A stretch of DNA of 63,968 nt, filler included, from Saprolegnia diclina VS20 (lineage: Eukaryota): assembly GCF_000281045.1 (NCBI RefSeq). It is 6 parts of 2 records of this genome, joined end to end, with 100 filler letters (N's around TTAATTAATTAA, not from the genome) between each part and the next. Parts side by side here need not be neighbours in the genome. Positions count along the whole stretch, not along the records: positions 39,621 to 49,011 come from NW_008246068.1; positions 49,112 to 60,032 come from NW_008246069.1; 4 more parts are not named here. The stretch is one strand, 5' to 3'. A program made the translations under genes and the position numbers. The notes beneath the pieces were generated by a model that searched no databases, was not told the DNA's origin, and worked only from the letters and a program-made list of their open reading frames with translations. Below are positions 47,572-59,486 of this stretch, piece after piece; positions within the stretch are counted from its first letter, which is position 1; every line of letters begins with the position of its first letter.

Positions 47572-49055
47572 GCACACAGTGCTCTCTATGAAGACGTCGA
47601 ATACACCCTTGTACGTGATACCAATCGGTTTTGTTTGGCGACCGTGCTCACCTTCGGTTCAGTCGGAAGAGGATCGGTGAGGCATGCTGGATCACTACAG
47701 TATTAACTTCTCAAGCATGGTCGGCCAGCGTAGGTATGTCTTCTTCGCAACATGGCCACAAGTTCTTTCTTTCGGTCCTGCGAACATATCATTATTGCCA
47801 TGCCCAACAGTGCAGATCTCATTCAGATGACGCAGCGGCTCGAATGACGCCAGGATCACGGGGTGGAGCCGACTCTTGCGCCACAGTACAGCACATTTAT
47901 GGTAGCAGTGAGCGCCAACAGATTCGTGTCGGGTGTGGTGATTGTCTGTGGTGCACCACGAACGCCTTGGAGCACGACAGAACTCGTCGAGTTGCCTCGG
48001 GTGCCACAGAATGACCATCGACACGCCTTTGGCTGCCTTCGACATACACAGCTGGATCGACTTGTCTCAGTCCAGTTAGCAGTCGCCGCGCACGGTATGG
48101 TCAATCTTTATCCTGGCAGGAACGTTAACGTGGTGTACCAGCATCCCAGGGGATTAATTCGTATTTTCTGGCCAACCCATTGGCTATAATTTACACCATT
48201 TTGACCAATCGCATCACGCGGATAATGTCCCGTGAAGTGCGATTTTGACGTCCCTGTTAAGTGCTGTCCATGTTGGGACATTATACTTGTTTTTGTATTC
48301 ATTAAGTACGACGCACTTCTAAGAGCACATGTCGAACATAAGGTATTTCCGCACCTAATCGCAATGCAGCTGCATTTGGATTGCAGAAGCGGGCCGCGCG
48401 AAGACCGCAGCAAGCGCCGTCGTCGCAATACCGTTAATCAACGCTTCGCATTCAATACAAAAGTTCCTACCAGTTCACCCCGCAAGGGACCTGTTTGCAT
48501 GCATGTCGCCGGCGATAGCCCAGACAATCTTGCGGTGCAAGGCCGAGCAGTCGTGGGACCTTCAATTTGAGGATTTCCTAAAAGTAGGTCCAAAGACCCT
48601 ATTTATAGGGCATTTGGACCTAGCACAAGGCGCATTGATTCTCATTGGCAAGACGCAAGATATGTGACGAGCCGCTGGCACCAATACAAGACGGCCACCG
48701 ACGCCGTCCACGCAGCCTTCTTCGCCTTCATCTTCGCCTTCGTGAACGGCAAAGCAAATTTGGGCGGCCGCGGTCGATGTGTCTGGTCGGCGCTCTCGAC
48801 GAGCATCTACTTGCGTTGGCAGGCAACAAAGTCGCTGCCGCCTGACCACGGTCACATGTACTTTCTCGAGCTCCTGCGTGTGATCCTGCCAAGCTAGCGC
48901 CGCTTCGCTCACCGGCTGAAACATCGACGACGCCGACTGCAACGCGGCGCAAGGCGACGACAAGCAGCAGCCCCTCGAACGTCTTTGAGGCCTTCCTTGT
49001 CGAGGACGAGGNNNNNNNNNNNNNNNNNNNNNNNNNNNNNNNNNNNNNNNNNNNN

Positions 49056-49067
49056 TTAATTAATTAA
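49056..49067. other. Artificial contig spacer TTAATTAATTAA
   Basis: Same 100-bp N/linker block. Confidence 0.95.
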
Positions 49068-49510
49068 NNNNNNNNNNNNNNNNNNNNNNNNNNNNNNNNN
49101 NNNNNNNNNNNTTTTCGTGTCGCTGTTTTGTGACTGGTATCCCTACACCTCGAGAGGAAACTCGGTGCTGCAGCCGACTCGCGCATCGCGTCGATCGTCT
49201 TTCAAGCCTTTGCGAGGATGTCGCTCCATGCTCCTGCGCGTGCGTTTGTATGCGTAGAGGCCTGCACGATAACAGGTGGGATGCAAAAGTGATCGTACCA
49301 TATGGCCTGGCGAGATTGCACTTTGGCCCGCTCAACTCATCGTCGCTACGCCTGCCACGTAATTATGCACGCATTTCATATCAGGCGCCGACGTTTCGCG
49401 AGATTACGTTACATACGCCGGCTTTTGTCGCGAACGTTCAGCAAATAATGTGGCATTTGGTGGATGCAAAATGTCATTTTCAGATCTTCCATCGCCTTCC
49501 CACTACCATC

Positions 49511-50017
49511 ATGATTGCCATCGGTGACTCGCTCCCTGCCGTGACGCTCGGCGAATACAACGCCGTCGAAGGCACGTGCGCCATCGGCCCCAACCAAATC
49601 AAGGTCCAGGAAGCTGCGGCCGGCAAGACGATCGTCATCTTCGCCGTGCCCGGTGCGTTCACCCCGACGTGCTCGGCGCAGCACGCCCCCGGCTTTGTCG
49701 CGCTCGCCGACGAGTTCAAGGCCGCCGGCGTCGACGAGATCTGGTGCCTCAGCGTCAACGACGCCTTTGTCATGGGTGCGTGGGGCAAGGACCTCGGCAC
49801 GGCCGGCAAGATCCGCATGATCGCCGACGGCGACGCTGTCTTCACCAAGGCCACGGGCCTCGAGCTCAACATGACGGGCCGCGGCCTCGGCCTCCGCGCC
49901 GCGCGCTACTCGATGCTCGTCAAGGACGGCGTCATCAAGGAACTCAACCTCGAAGTCGGCGGCGCGTTCAAGGTCAGCAACGCCGAGACCATCTTGGCGC
50001 AGGTCCGCGGCGAGTGA
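49511..50017 (+). CDS. Type II peroxiredoxin (Prx5/redoxin), 168 aa
   Basis: VPGAFTPTCS.QH.PG, SVNDAFVMGAW, MIADGD, GLGLRA.RYSMLV.DG. Confidence 0.93.
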   Translation: MIAIGDSLPAVTLGEYNAVEGTCAIGPNQIKVQEAAAGKTIVIFAVPGAFTPTCSAQHAPGFVALADEFKAAGVDEIWCLSVNDAFVMGAWGKDLGTAGKIRMIADGDAVFTKATGLELNMTGRGLGLRAARYSMLVKDGVIKELNLEVGGAFKVSNAETILAQVRGE

Positions 50018-50311
50018 GCCATTTTGTATCAATCGTCATTCATTTTTCTCTTGTATAATTGTGTTTTGCGCGAGGAGGAAGGGTCCTGGGGTGTTGCGTG
50101 GCTTGGCGACGAGAGCGACGGCCGAGCAAACGACTATGTCAGTTAGAACCCAGCAGCGTTGCTAGGTCCACGCCATTTTTGCCTTGGTCAACTCGCTTGA
50201 TGGACCTCGATCACGATACCTTCTCTTCTCCTCGGCGATTCCACCTGCTCGTGTACCAGAACACTACAATATTGTCTTAAAAAACAGCATATATTGTCAT
50301 CTCGTGCATTT

Positions 50312-53300
50312 CTAAATATGCGGCACCCACGACATGTCCTTGGTCTTGATCTTCTCAAACACAAACGTCTCCATGCCGTTCATGTCGGTCTCGTCCTTGC
50401 TGTTGAGGTACTTGATGAAGAAAAAGTAGTGCCACAAATTGTGCTTGGTCTCGGTATGGCGCGCAAAGCTGTTCATAATACCGGCGTCCATGCCTTGGGC
50501 TTCAATCACCGCGCGCGGCCGGTTGCACACAAGGCACTGCGTCCGGCGGAGCATGAGCTTGTTCTCCGACGCTTCGCGCACGGCTGTGAACGCGTCGATA
50601 ATGATACCTTGGATGAGGTTCAAAATGAGCGTGATCACGACAATGAAGAACGCGAGCTCGTAAAAGACGCGGCCAAAGTACCGGCCCTTGTCGTTGTAGT
50701 TCATTGGCACGTCCGAGAGGTAGTCGCCAATACCGCCGCCATTCAAAAGGCCGCTGTGGAGGTACGTCATGACGCAGTGCATGAGCGTCGAGCACTGGTT
50801 GGCGTCGTCGCCGCCGTTGGAGAGCTCGGGCTGGAAAAAGTAGTACCCGAGAAGCGCGAAAAAGTAAATGACGACGCCGCCGAACGCGGCCGTGATTGCG
50901 AGCTTGCCCATGTTCATGTTCATGGCCTTGACGACAAACTTGAGGCCAAAATGGAGGTTGATGAGGTCGGCGAGCGGGATGCCATAGTACAGATAGTACC
51001 GCGTGTGGTCGACAAGGCCGAGGATAGCGCACGCAGTGAAGAGCGCAAAACGCACAACGTTCTCGGAGAAGAGCGTATCGTAGAGCACGTTGTACCAAAA
51101 GTAGGCCTTGGGCAGGAGCTGGTCGTCCTTTGTCGTCGACCGGACTTGCTTGTATGTGATCTCTTGGTCGACGCTAAAGCGCATGATCTCGGCGTACTTG
51201 CGAAGCCCCGAGAGCGTCGAGAAGAAGAGAAGCAGGAACGCGCCGAGCCCGAGGACTACCGTGTTGAACGCGGTCCAGCCATAGACCCACACGATGAGCG
51301 AGTACGTCCACGCAATGAGCTCTAGGATTGTTCAAAATATGAGACAAATACATGGAAAAAACTTTAAAAAAAATTGAAGAATCGAGATCGACAATGTGTG
51401 CACGTACCGAAATAAAAGATAGGATCTTCGAACGCTTCCCACTTGCGGTCGTGAATCGTCTTGGGCGATCGAAACTTGAGTTTTGTGATCGAGAGCTGCT
51501 GCTTGCAGTAATGAAAGTTGAACGTCCGCATGAGGTAGTAGACAAAGAGGATGGCCGCGAGCGCGCAGTAGACGCTGCCGAGGATCGTCACGTACGGGTA
51601 CTTGGTCGTCTTGTCGACGCGCAGCATCAACAAGAGCACGAAATTGATGTAGAAGCAGAGCGCGAGGAGCCGCGTCCGGAGCCACATTTGCCACGTGCTC
51701 ATGAGCGAGTAGAGCGTGAGCCGCTTGAGGTGCTTGACGACCTTGAGCTCCTCTTCCGTGTCGCGTGCTTGCTCAGAGAGAAGGACGTCCATCGCATGCT
51801 CGCCGCCAATGTCCATGGCGTCCAACAGATCGTTCTGGAGCTGCTCGTCAAAGTACATGGCGTCGTGCGGCTTGACAAAGTAGACGGTCGAGTGCTTCCC
51901 ATAGCGCAGAATCTCGACCGAGATGAGCTGCGCGTTGAAGAAGCGCTGGGCCGACTGCGCCTTGTAGGTCGCGACCGCCGTCTCCCACAATGCGCGAAAG
52001 CCCTGCACCGACCGCGTGTCAAACGACCGAAGCGCGCGGTTGGCGACAAGCACCGTCTTGATGGCGGTCGCGAGCGTGCTCACGTCCGACTCGGACTCGG
52101 ACCGCTTGAGCATCCCGAGGACCGCCGTGTTGAGCTTGGCGCGCATGTGCACTTCAAAGGCCATCCGGTCTTCGGCGTCGTCGGCTTCGTCGAGCTCATC
52201 CTGGTCGGCGTCAGCGCTGAGTGCGTGCGGCGACGACGCAGTGCCCGAGAGGTCGCCGCTGCCGGACGCTTGTTCGAGGCTCATGATGCGTACGACGAGC
52301 CGCGTGAGGTTCATTGCCTTCTTGTACATGGGCGCGCGGTGAATGTCGTGCTTGGCAAAGTCGAGGGGGTAGCCAAACTGCTCGATGAGCGCTCTATGGT
52401 ACAGCTGGAGGCGCTGGACGACGACGTCGGCGCTAAATGCCTGCGCGATCGTGGCTTGCGTCGACTGGTCGGTCCGGCCTTCCATGAGCGAGAGGAGGAG
52501 CTCGGTCGCGGCTTGGTGGATCGTCATGTCGACTGCTTGGTCGTTCATGAGCAACTTGCAACAGAGCGCCGTCGCGTTCGAGTCGACGATCAGTTCTTGG
52601 TTGACCTTATTCGGGCCCTGGCACGCTTCCGTGATGGCCGCCATGCACTTGAGCAACGCCGGGTTGTTGAGCGAGACGCTGATGGCCGCGCCCATGACCT
52701 CGACGACCGCGAGCAGAATGCGCTTGCCGTCGACCTCGAGCGACACGACGCTCTGCCACATCTCGTGGTGGTTCTCGCACAGCAGCTGCACGATCGAGAG
52801 CGCTCGGTTCTGGTAGTGCGTCGTCAGCGCCGGCGAGAGCGAGCTGTTGTCGGCCATGGCAATGTAGCGGAGGAGGAACCGAATGAACAAGTCCTTGCGG
52901 TCGACGTCGGCGGTCGCCTTGTCGTTGTCGTCGTCGTAGTCGACCGAGCACACGGCCGCGAGGAGCGCGTTCTGCGCGGGTTCAAACCCGCCCGCGATAA
53001 ACTCGTGGATGAGGTCGAGCAGCTGCAGCTCGGTGCCTTCGATGCTCAGGTACTTCTTGGCCACGTCGAGGACAGTCTTGGTCGCCTTGGCATCGCGTGT
53101 CGTCGGGCGTCGGCGCGGCAGCGTGTGCATGATGAGCTCGGCGACCGACGCTTCGACCGCGAGCTTTTGCGTATGGCGCCACTCTTGGCGGGCGTAAATG
53201 AGGAGGCGGCTCGTGTTTTCCTCTTCGAACGAGACCGCCCAGCCCTTGGCCGGCGGCAAGAGCATCGAGTCGTCGGCGACCGAGACCGACCGCAGGCGTG

Positions 53301-53592
53301 CGTCTTCTTCGTCTTCGCTGTCGTCAATGTCAAAGTCGCGGACCGACTCGGGCACCGGACCCACGTCGGACGGCGCCGACTTGAGCCGCTGGATCTCGCG
53401 CTTGAGCAAGTCGGAGGCCGTGAAGCGCTTCTTCTTGAGTAGCTGCATGATGTTCTTGAGCGCGCCAGTCGACACAAACTCGCTGAGCTTGGCGAGCATG
53501 GCGTCGTCTTCGCTGAGCCGGCTCGGGCTCGCGACCGACCGCGCGTACGTCCCGTAGCTGACCGGCGGCTGCCCGTACAAGCCACCTGCCAT
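50312..53592 (-). CDS. Short IP3 receptor/ryanodine receptor-family Ca2+ channel, about 1064 aa, one intron (51322-51407)
   Basis: RIH-associated segment QLLCENH...ITEACQGPNKVNQ, SVEILR; TM region; pore GLLNGGGIGD; LNLIQGIIIDAF; C-terminal CLVC...H...HNLWHYFFFI...NGME. Confidence 0.87.
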
Positions 53593-54666
53593 GCCAATTG
53601 TCCAAATCTCGAAATGACCAGCCAGCCCATCACCGCGTGTTTTTTTCATTTTCGTAATGCTGTACTATAGAATTGTATGGAAAATAAAAATATGTCATTC
53701 TATTTTTTAGCCTATCGCTTGTGGCGAACGTATCGAGAACGCCATGTCCCAATTCACAACATATCCCATGGGCCCTCTCACAATCGCTTAGCTTGCATAT
53801 CGTCGAGCTCGATGGTCGCAAGTACTCAAAACCCCAGGCGGAAGGAGCGGAAGTGTAGGAATCGAGTGCACGACGGTCGCAATGTGATGATTTTTCATTT
53901 TTTCAACATTTTTAAAAACAAAATGGCGCGGTCGCCAGCGCGGGCCAGACGGCTAAAGCGGCTGCTGACCAAGCATGGAGAAGGAAGCGCGACCTCCGTA
54001 GGACTCATGGGACGACCAGATAGCACAGAGCTCGAGCATACCGGTACACAGAAGCGGCGGCGGAGCGGTGCCCTTTTGAGCGAATTCCGCACGAACATTT
54101 CAGAAGGCGCCGGGATGCACAAGCCGCGTATTCGTGATCCACGTGGGGCTATGTCGATGCGACGCAGCTGCAATAATTGCCTTTGCAATCCTCGACCCGC
54201 AGCGCCGCATCATCATCGCGGGTTCCATGATCGGCTCTTTGCAACCTTTGCTTGGCGGCGATGTGATTGGTCGGCGATTGAGCTATCCGGATACATACAC
54301 TTTTGGTGGACCGAACGGTCGACGACGGTTTCACGTCCACTTGTTTTGGAGCAGTTGTGTAACGCCCGAATGACGTTAGGACGACATGAGTGGCCACTCT
54401 ACTTGTACGCGATACCCCAACGACCGATGCGCGCCAACCGCGACGAGCTGCTCGTCCCCTGCGACGCTAGATCGCGGCTCAACAAGCGCATGCTCGCTGC
54501 TGTCCGGTGGCTTGACGGCACCGGTAAACCTCTTCTATATACCGGTTGCCTCGGCCCTGCCCAGCGAGCCAGCATTCTGGAGATATCCCGCTCGCATCTT
54601 TGAACGCTACACGAATCAACGAAGAAACGGTTCGATGTTTAACAAGTTTAACATTCGATGCGCTGC

Positions 54667-55335
54667 TTAGGCGCGCGCCGTGCAGACAACCTGTCGGTTT
54701 TCAATCGCATACGAGTGGCAGTTGTCGTCGTCCTGCAGCTTGGCGGCGAACGGGAGCGACGTGACGCTGCCTTCGCCACAGCCCAGCGGCTCCTTGAGAA
54801 TGCACGTGGCGTCGGCGCCATCCGCATGGCCAAACGAGTCGCGCTCGATCGACGCGCAAATGTCGCCGAGGTTCTTGCCTTCGGTGAGAAAGCACGAGCG
54901 GAGGTTGTCGCGATCACGAATGACCTGCGGCACAAAGTACCCACGGAGCTCGGTGAGGCTACGCTCCTTGTAGCCGGCGAGCGTAAGCGGCTCAATCTCC
55001 TGCGGACCGCCCGGGCCGATGCGGCGGTAGCCGTAGAAGCACTCGTCGCAGTCGTACACGTTGTCGTTGCCGATCTTCGTGGCCGTCGCCGCGTACTTGC
55101 GGCAGCGAAAGACGTTGATGCTGAGGATCTCGTCCGGCTTGGTCGTGCAGCGCGAGTACGTGTCGTACTGCGGCCCGGCAATGTCCCACGTATTGGACGA
55201 GCACGTCGGGAGGTTCTCGAACGCGACCTGCGTGTACTGGAGCGTGTGCTCGTCGTTGGGAAGGATGACCGAGTTGTTGGTGGCAGCGGCAGCCGTCGCG
55301 AGAAGCGAGGCGAGGAGAAGCGTCGAAGCGTGCAT
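54667..55335 (-). CDS. Small secreted Cys-rich protein of unknown family, 222 aa (paralog 1)
   Basis: Signal peptide MHASTLLLASLLATAAAA, 11 Cys, Inr-like CTCACTTTTCCATTC at 55352-55366, close paralog at 58779. Confidence 0.87.
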   Translation of the reverse strand: MHASTLLLASLLATAAAATNNSVILPNDEHTLQYTQVAFENLPTCSSNTWDIAGPQYDTYSRCTTKPDEILSINVFRCRKYAATATKIGNDNVYDCDECFYGYRRIGPGGPQEIEPLTLAGYKERSLTELRGYFVPQVIRDRDNLRSCFLTEGKNLGDICASIERDSFGHADGADATCILKEPLGCGEGSVTSLPFAAKLQDDDNCHSYAIENRQVVCTARA

Positions 55336-55935
55336 GTTGGTTGCGGACGTCGAATGGAAAAGTGAGTGTAAGGATGGCGCTTACTCAAGGATACCCCAGC
55401 GTGCGTTGGGCCATAGCCGCTTGCTGCTTTGACATTCCACAGAAGTCGGGTCTGGGACAGCAATGGCTGTCACACCCAAATAGGGCTAAGTTCCAACTCG
55501 AATGTTTCGCATGCTTTGGTAGTAGACAACTCGTTTTCCCATGAGCGGTCGATAGAAGCTGGAGAACTTGTGCATAAAACACTGAAAAATCTCATGAAAA
55601 GCATTTCCATAGCTTGCACTCCAGCGCTCGCTGTCCGCGACATGTTGTGACTGACGCTGTTGTGAACGCACCAAATCGACGAGGCGTGTTGCAGCCCAGG
55701 TAGCACGCTGCGATATGAGAGAAGAGCACGCGCTTGCGTGTGTGACAAGCTGACCAAGCACCACCACGACGGCGACAGGACAGGACCCGTATGTTGGCAT
55801 GTATGCGCGGAATGAGATTCCCTGATGTCGTAATGATCTTGCTCACGTTATGTCTCGATCCAACGACACGGATGCGATCACTCAACACTATTGTCATATG
55901 AAATGGGCATATATTGTGTTGCCGAGTTGCTCTCC

Positions 55936-57849
55936 TTAAATGCTGGAGAGATAGTTGTCGAGAACGAGTTCTTGCGCCGCGGTGAGCTGGCCTCGTTTTT
56001 GAAGCGTCGCTAGCGTCTTCTGGAACTTGGGTGTGGCGCGCCGTGTCGATGCAAGCGCCTCGGCAGCGTCAAAGCGTCGCGAGCCGATCGTCAGCAAGAG
56101 CAAGTAAGCGGCGGCCTCGTCGTAGTAGTTAACATAGTCGGGTTGCAGCGCCATGTTGAGGTAGGCGTATTGCAGTACGCGTGGCAGCGGCGTCGCACGC
56201 AGGGACCACAAGGCGGCCGGCAGCCCGCGTGAGTCTCTGGGTTCCTTCACAAGTGGCGTCACGTCGATCATCATGAGGAGAATGTTGTCGATGGCGTCGG
56301 CCGGCAGACGCATTGACAAGGCGACGTGCGTACTCGGTGCCACGGCGTTCTCGTAGAGCCATGCAACAAGAGATATCCCGTCCGTAGGCATTCCATTCCA
56401 ACGCAACTGGGCGGTCCACCAGCGAGACGCCAAATCGTACAAGTCGCGCTCACACGACGGGTTGTCAGCACCGATGCCTTCGAGAACCTTGCGCCAAAAC
56501 ACGCCAGATGTAGAGTAGTGCAGGCGGCTCAAGGCTTCCGTCATGGACGGCAAGCCAAAGCGGCGGACGACCGCGACCACCCACGGTACGATAGCGACAT
56601 CGTGCGCGTTCCATCGCATGCCACCCAGATAGTCTGCCATGAGCGTGCAGTCGCCATAGTCAAACAGCACATTGGCCATGGCCAGACGACTCGGGCGATT
56701 GAACTGAGCCGGGCCAGGCTCGGCCCCAATGAAGAGGCGCACAGCAGCTTCAAAGAGCGCATGGGTAGACCCGAACCCAAAGTCGTCCGAGCACAACCCG
56801 TCGACGTGATCTCGCAGCAAAGCGACGGTACGGACTAGACCGAGCAGCTTCAAGCGAAGCGCTTTGGGCCAAAAGACGAGGCAGACTGTGTCGTTGCCTA
56901 AAATGTCGATCGAGTCTTCTTCGATAAAGCACGAGATCGAGAGAGAGCGCCACGCGGCTTGGAGGCGCGCTGGCGTCGCGCACTGCGGGTGGAAGATGTT
57001 GGGTAGCTTCTGCTCGGCCTTGTCGCGGTCATCGTTGTTTCTCCATCGATCCATGGCTGTCGCCACCGTGACGAAGGCCACGTCAAAGACACTTGCCGCA
57101 AGAAGCCAGTCGACGACCGCCTTGTCACGACCTGTTAGCGTCGCATACTGTGGCGCGGTGGTCCACGTTTCAAGCTCGACGTGAATGATGCAGTAATTTT
57201 CCATCTCGATCGCGTCGTCAATGTCGGCCTTGGATGGCAGCTGTGGTGGCGTAGAGCAATAACTGTAGTCGCTGTCATAGTCCTCGTGGCTCACATTGTG
57301 CACAAAGACGCCGCGGGTGCCTGATGTGATCGGTGCGACCGAGACGTGGCACGTGTTGAAGAAGACCACCGAGTGCCCGCTGAGAGTCTCGTACGTCGTC
57401 GTCCGGTCGTCGTACGTGATGGTGACGGCACCGCCAGTGCAGTCGGACGGCATAAAGTAGAGCAGCGTCGCAAACGTTCCCGGTGCTGAAGCAGACCTCG
57501 GCACTAGCGCCGAAGCCGACCCGACGGCATCGATCGCGAAATGTGCAAAGTCGTAAACGTAGCGCGCGCCGAGCTTTAGTCCACGGAGAATAGTATCGTA
57601 TTCGAAAGACCATTGGTCGAGGTAGAAGCTGGTCGAGATGGCCGACGGCGGGAGCAGGAGCGTCGTCTTCTCGGGGCTTGTCTCCATCAACGACGCCGCC
57701 AGTGCCGGTGCGATCGGCCAGTCGACGTCGACGCCATGGATGGCCATGCGCTCCGAGCCACCGTACATATCTTCGTTCTCTTCGTCGTAGCAGTGAGGTA
57801 CCATGACAGCCTCCACGAGACTGCTGAGATTGCCAGTCGTGTCGGACAT
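55936..57849 (-). CDS. Protein with degenerate 2OG-Fe(II) oxygenase-like domain, about 637 aa
   Basis: GTFATLLYFMPSDCTGGAVTITY...VVFFNTCHVSVAPITSGTRGVFVHNV resembles the DSBH core of 2OG-FeII_Oxy_3-type proteins; long intact ORF. Confidence 0.72.
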   Translation of the reverse strand: MSDTTGNLSSLVEAVMVPHCYDEENEDMYGGSERMAIHGVDVDWPIAPALAASLMETSPEKTTLLLPPSAISTSFYLDQWSFEYDTILRGLKLGARYVYDFAHFAIDAVGSASALVPRSASAPGTFATLLYFMPSDCTGGAVTITYDDRTTTYETLSGHSVVFFNTCHVSVAPITSGTRGVFVHNVSHEDYDSDYSYCSTPPQLPSKADIDDAIEMENYCIIHVELETWTTAPQYATLTGRDKAVVDWLLAASVFDVAFVTVATAMDRWRNNDDRDKAEQKLPNIFHPQCATPARLQAAWRSLSISCFIEEDSIDILGNDTVCLVFWPKALRLKLLGLVRTVALLRDHVDGLCSDDFGFGSTHALFEAAVRLFIGAEPGPAQFNRPSRLAMANVLFDYGDCTLMADYLGGMRWNAHDVAIVPWVVAVVRRFGLPSMTEALSRLHYSTSGVFWRKVLEGIGADNPSCERDLYDLASRWWTAQLRWNGMPTDGISLVAWLYENAVAPSTHVALSMRLPADAIDNILLMMIDVTPLVKEPRDSRGLPAALWSLRATPLPRVLQYAYLNMALQPDYVNYYDEAAAYLLLLTIGSRRFDAAEALASTRRATPKFQKTLATLQKRGQLTAAQELVLDNYLSSI

Positions 57850-58778
57850 GGACGAGAATTCAAACTGCACAGTGTCATGTTGGCACACTAAGCATCGTTT
57901 CACACTCTGTATGTAACGCTGCTGGCTGTATAAAACAGTGAATCAAACACGGAATGGCTCTACTAACCCGAAGCGGCCGCCGCCCGCGCCGTGTTTTTGA
58001 CCAAGATGCACCTTCACCACTTGATGCTGAATACCCAAGCGATGTGCCTCTTCCAAATGATGCACGCCCTGCGCCACGATGCCTGGCTTCGTGACCACTT
58101 CGTCCCGGCGTGCGCCATCCACACGCCTCGCCTTCAACATGGCTAAGCCTCGCCGCTGATGCCGTCTAGCACAACACGCTCTAAATCGAAAGTCCACCCC
58201 CCAAAAACAGTTCAGTGTAAATTATATCTAAATAGACTCACTTCAACAACAACAACGGAATGGCTCTACACACGGCTCTACATGTGTGTACCGGCTCCAT
58301 GTTGTGAGCGATGGTGCATGTATAGAGTGCTGGTCTTCTAAAGAGGTCGGAACGTGAGCGCAATGTCCCTCTCCCCGACTGACAGCGGCGCCGCTTTGCT
58401 GCGACCCGCGCCAAGCTCGACTCGGTGGAAGGAGTCGGTAGTGCAAACATCCGGCTGGTGGAAGTCGACTCCTGCGGAAAAAACAACGGGCGTACAGTGA
58501 TCCTCCAAGGCTGTAGGTGGCTCGCGGGATACAAGGCGTGGCTCACGAAAACGGTGGCTCACTGCGACCTTCCCCACGGTACTGAGCGCTCCGACCGAAA
58601 ACAGGCATCGTCGTGTCTAGGCTTGGCATGGGTCGCCTTTTTCTACTGATGTTTGACGTGAGGTTCTCTTGACATACGGCTACATCCTCCTCACCTTGAA
58701 CGACGTCATGTCAGCGACCGTCGATTTCGCAACTAGAGTGCGAGTTGAAACAGAATAAGATATGATATTCATGGCCAG

Positions 58779-59486
58779 TTACTTGCGCGTCTTGCACGCG
58801 ATCTTGTTGTTGACGATCGCGTACTCGTGGCAGTTGTCGTCATCCTTGAGCTTACCGTCGAACGGCAGCGACTTGCGAATGTGGCCCGACGGCGTCTTGA
58901 TCTCGTGCTTGAGAATGCACGTGGCGTCGGCGCCATCGGCATGGCCGAACGACTGGCGGTGGATCGACTCGCAAAGGTCGCCGAGGTTCTTGCCTTCGGT
59001 GAGAAAGCACGAGCGGAGGTAGTTGCGGTCGCCGATGCGCTGCGGCACAAAGTACCCGCGGAGCTCCGTGAGGTTGTGCGCCTTGTAGCTGTCGAGTGTG
59101 AGCGGCTCAATCTCCTGCGGGCCACCCGCGCCGATGCGGCGATAGCCATAGAAGCACTCGTCGCAGTTGTACACGTTGTCGCTGCCCTTGATGATCTGGC
59201 CGTTGGCGTCGCGGCCCTTGGGCGTCTTCTTGGCCGTCGCCGCGTACTTGCGGCAGCGAAAGACGTTGATGCCGAGGATCACGTCCGGCTTGGTCGTGCA
59301 GCGCGAGTACGTGTCGTACTGCGGCCCGGCAATGTCCCACGTGTTGGACGCGCACGTCGGGAGGTTCTCGAACGCGACCTGCGTGTACTGGAGCGTGTGC
59401 TCGTCGTTGGGAAGGATGACCGAGTTGTTGGTGGCAGCGGCGGCCGTCGCGAGAAGCGAGGCGAGGAGAAGCGTCGAAGCGTGCAT
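58779..59486 (-). CDS. Small secreted Cys-rich protein, 235 aa (paralog 2)
   Basis: N-terminal ~85 aa almost identical to paralog 1; 10 shared Cys; same upstream Inr at 59503-59517. Confidence 0.87.
   Translation of the reverse strand: MHASTLLLASLLATAAAATNNSVILPNDEHTLQYTQVAFENLPTCASNTWDIAGPQYDTYSRCTTKPDVILGINVFRCRKYAATAKKTPKGRDANGQIIKGSDNVYNCDECFYGYRRIGAGGPQEIEPLTLDSYKAHNLTELRGYFVPQRIGDRNYLRSCFLTEGKNLGDLCESIHRQSFGHADGADATCILKHEIKTPSGHIRKSLPFDGKLKDDDNCHEYAIVNNKIACKTRK

Noticed and set aside
44231..53442. Long antisense ORFs (44231-46363 minus, 51352-53442 plus)
   Set aside because: Shadow frames of GC3-rich genes on the opposite strand, with no protein motifs.
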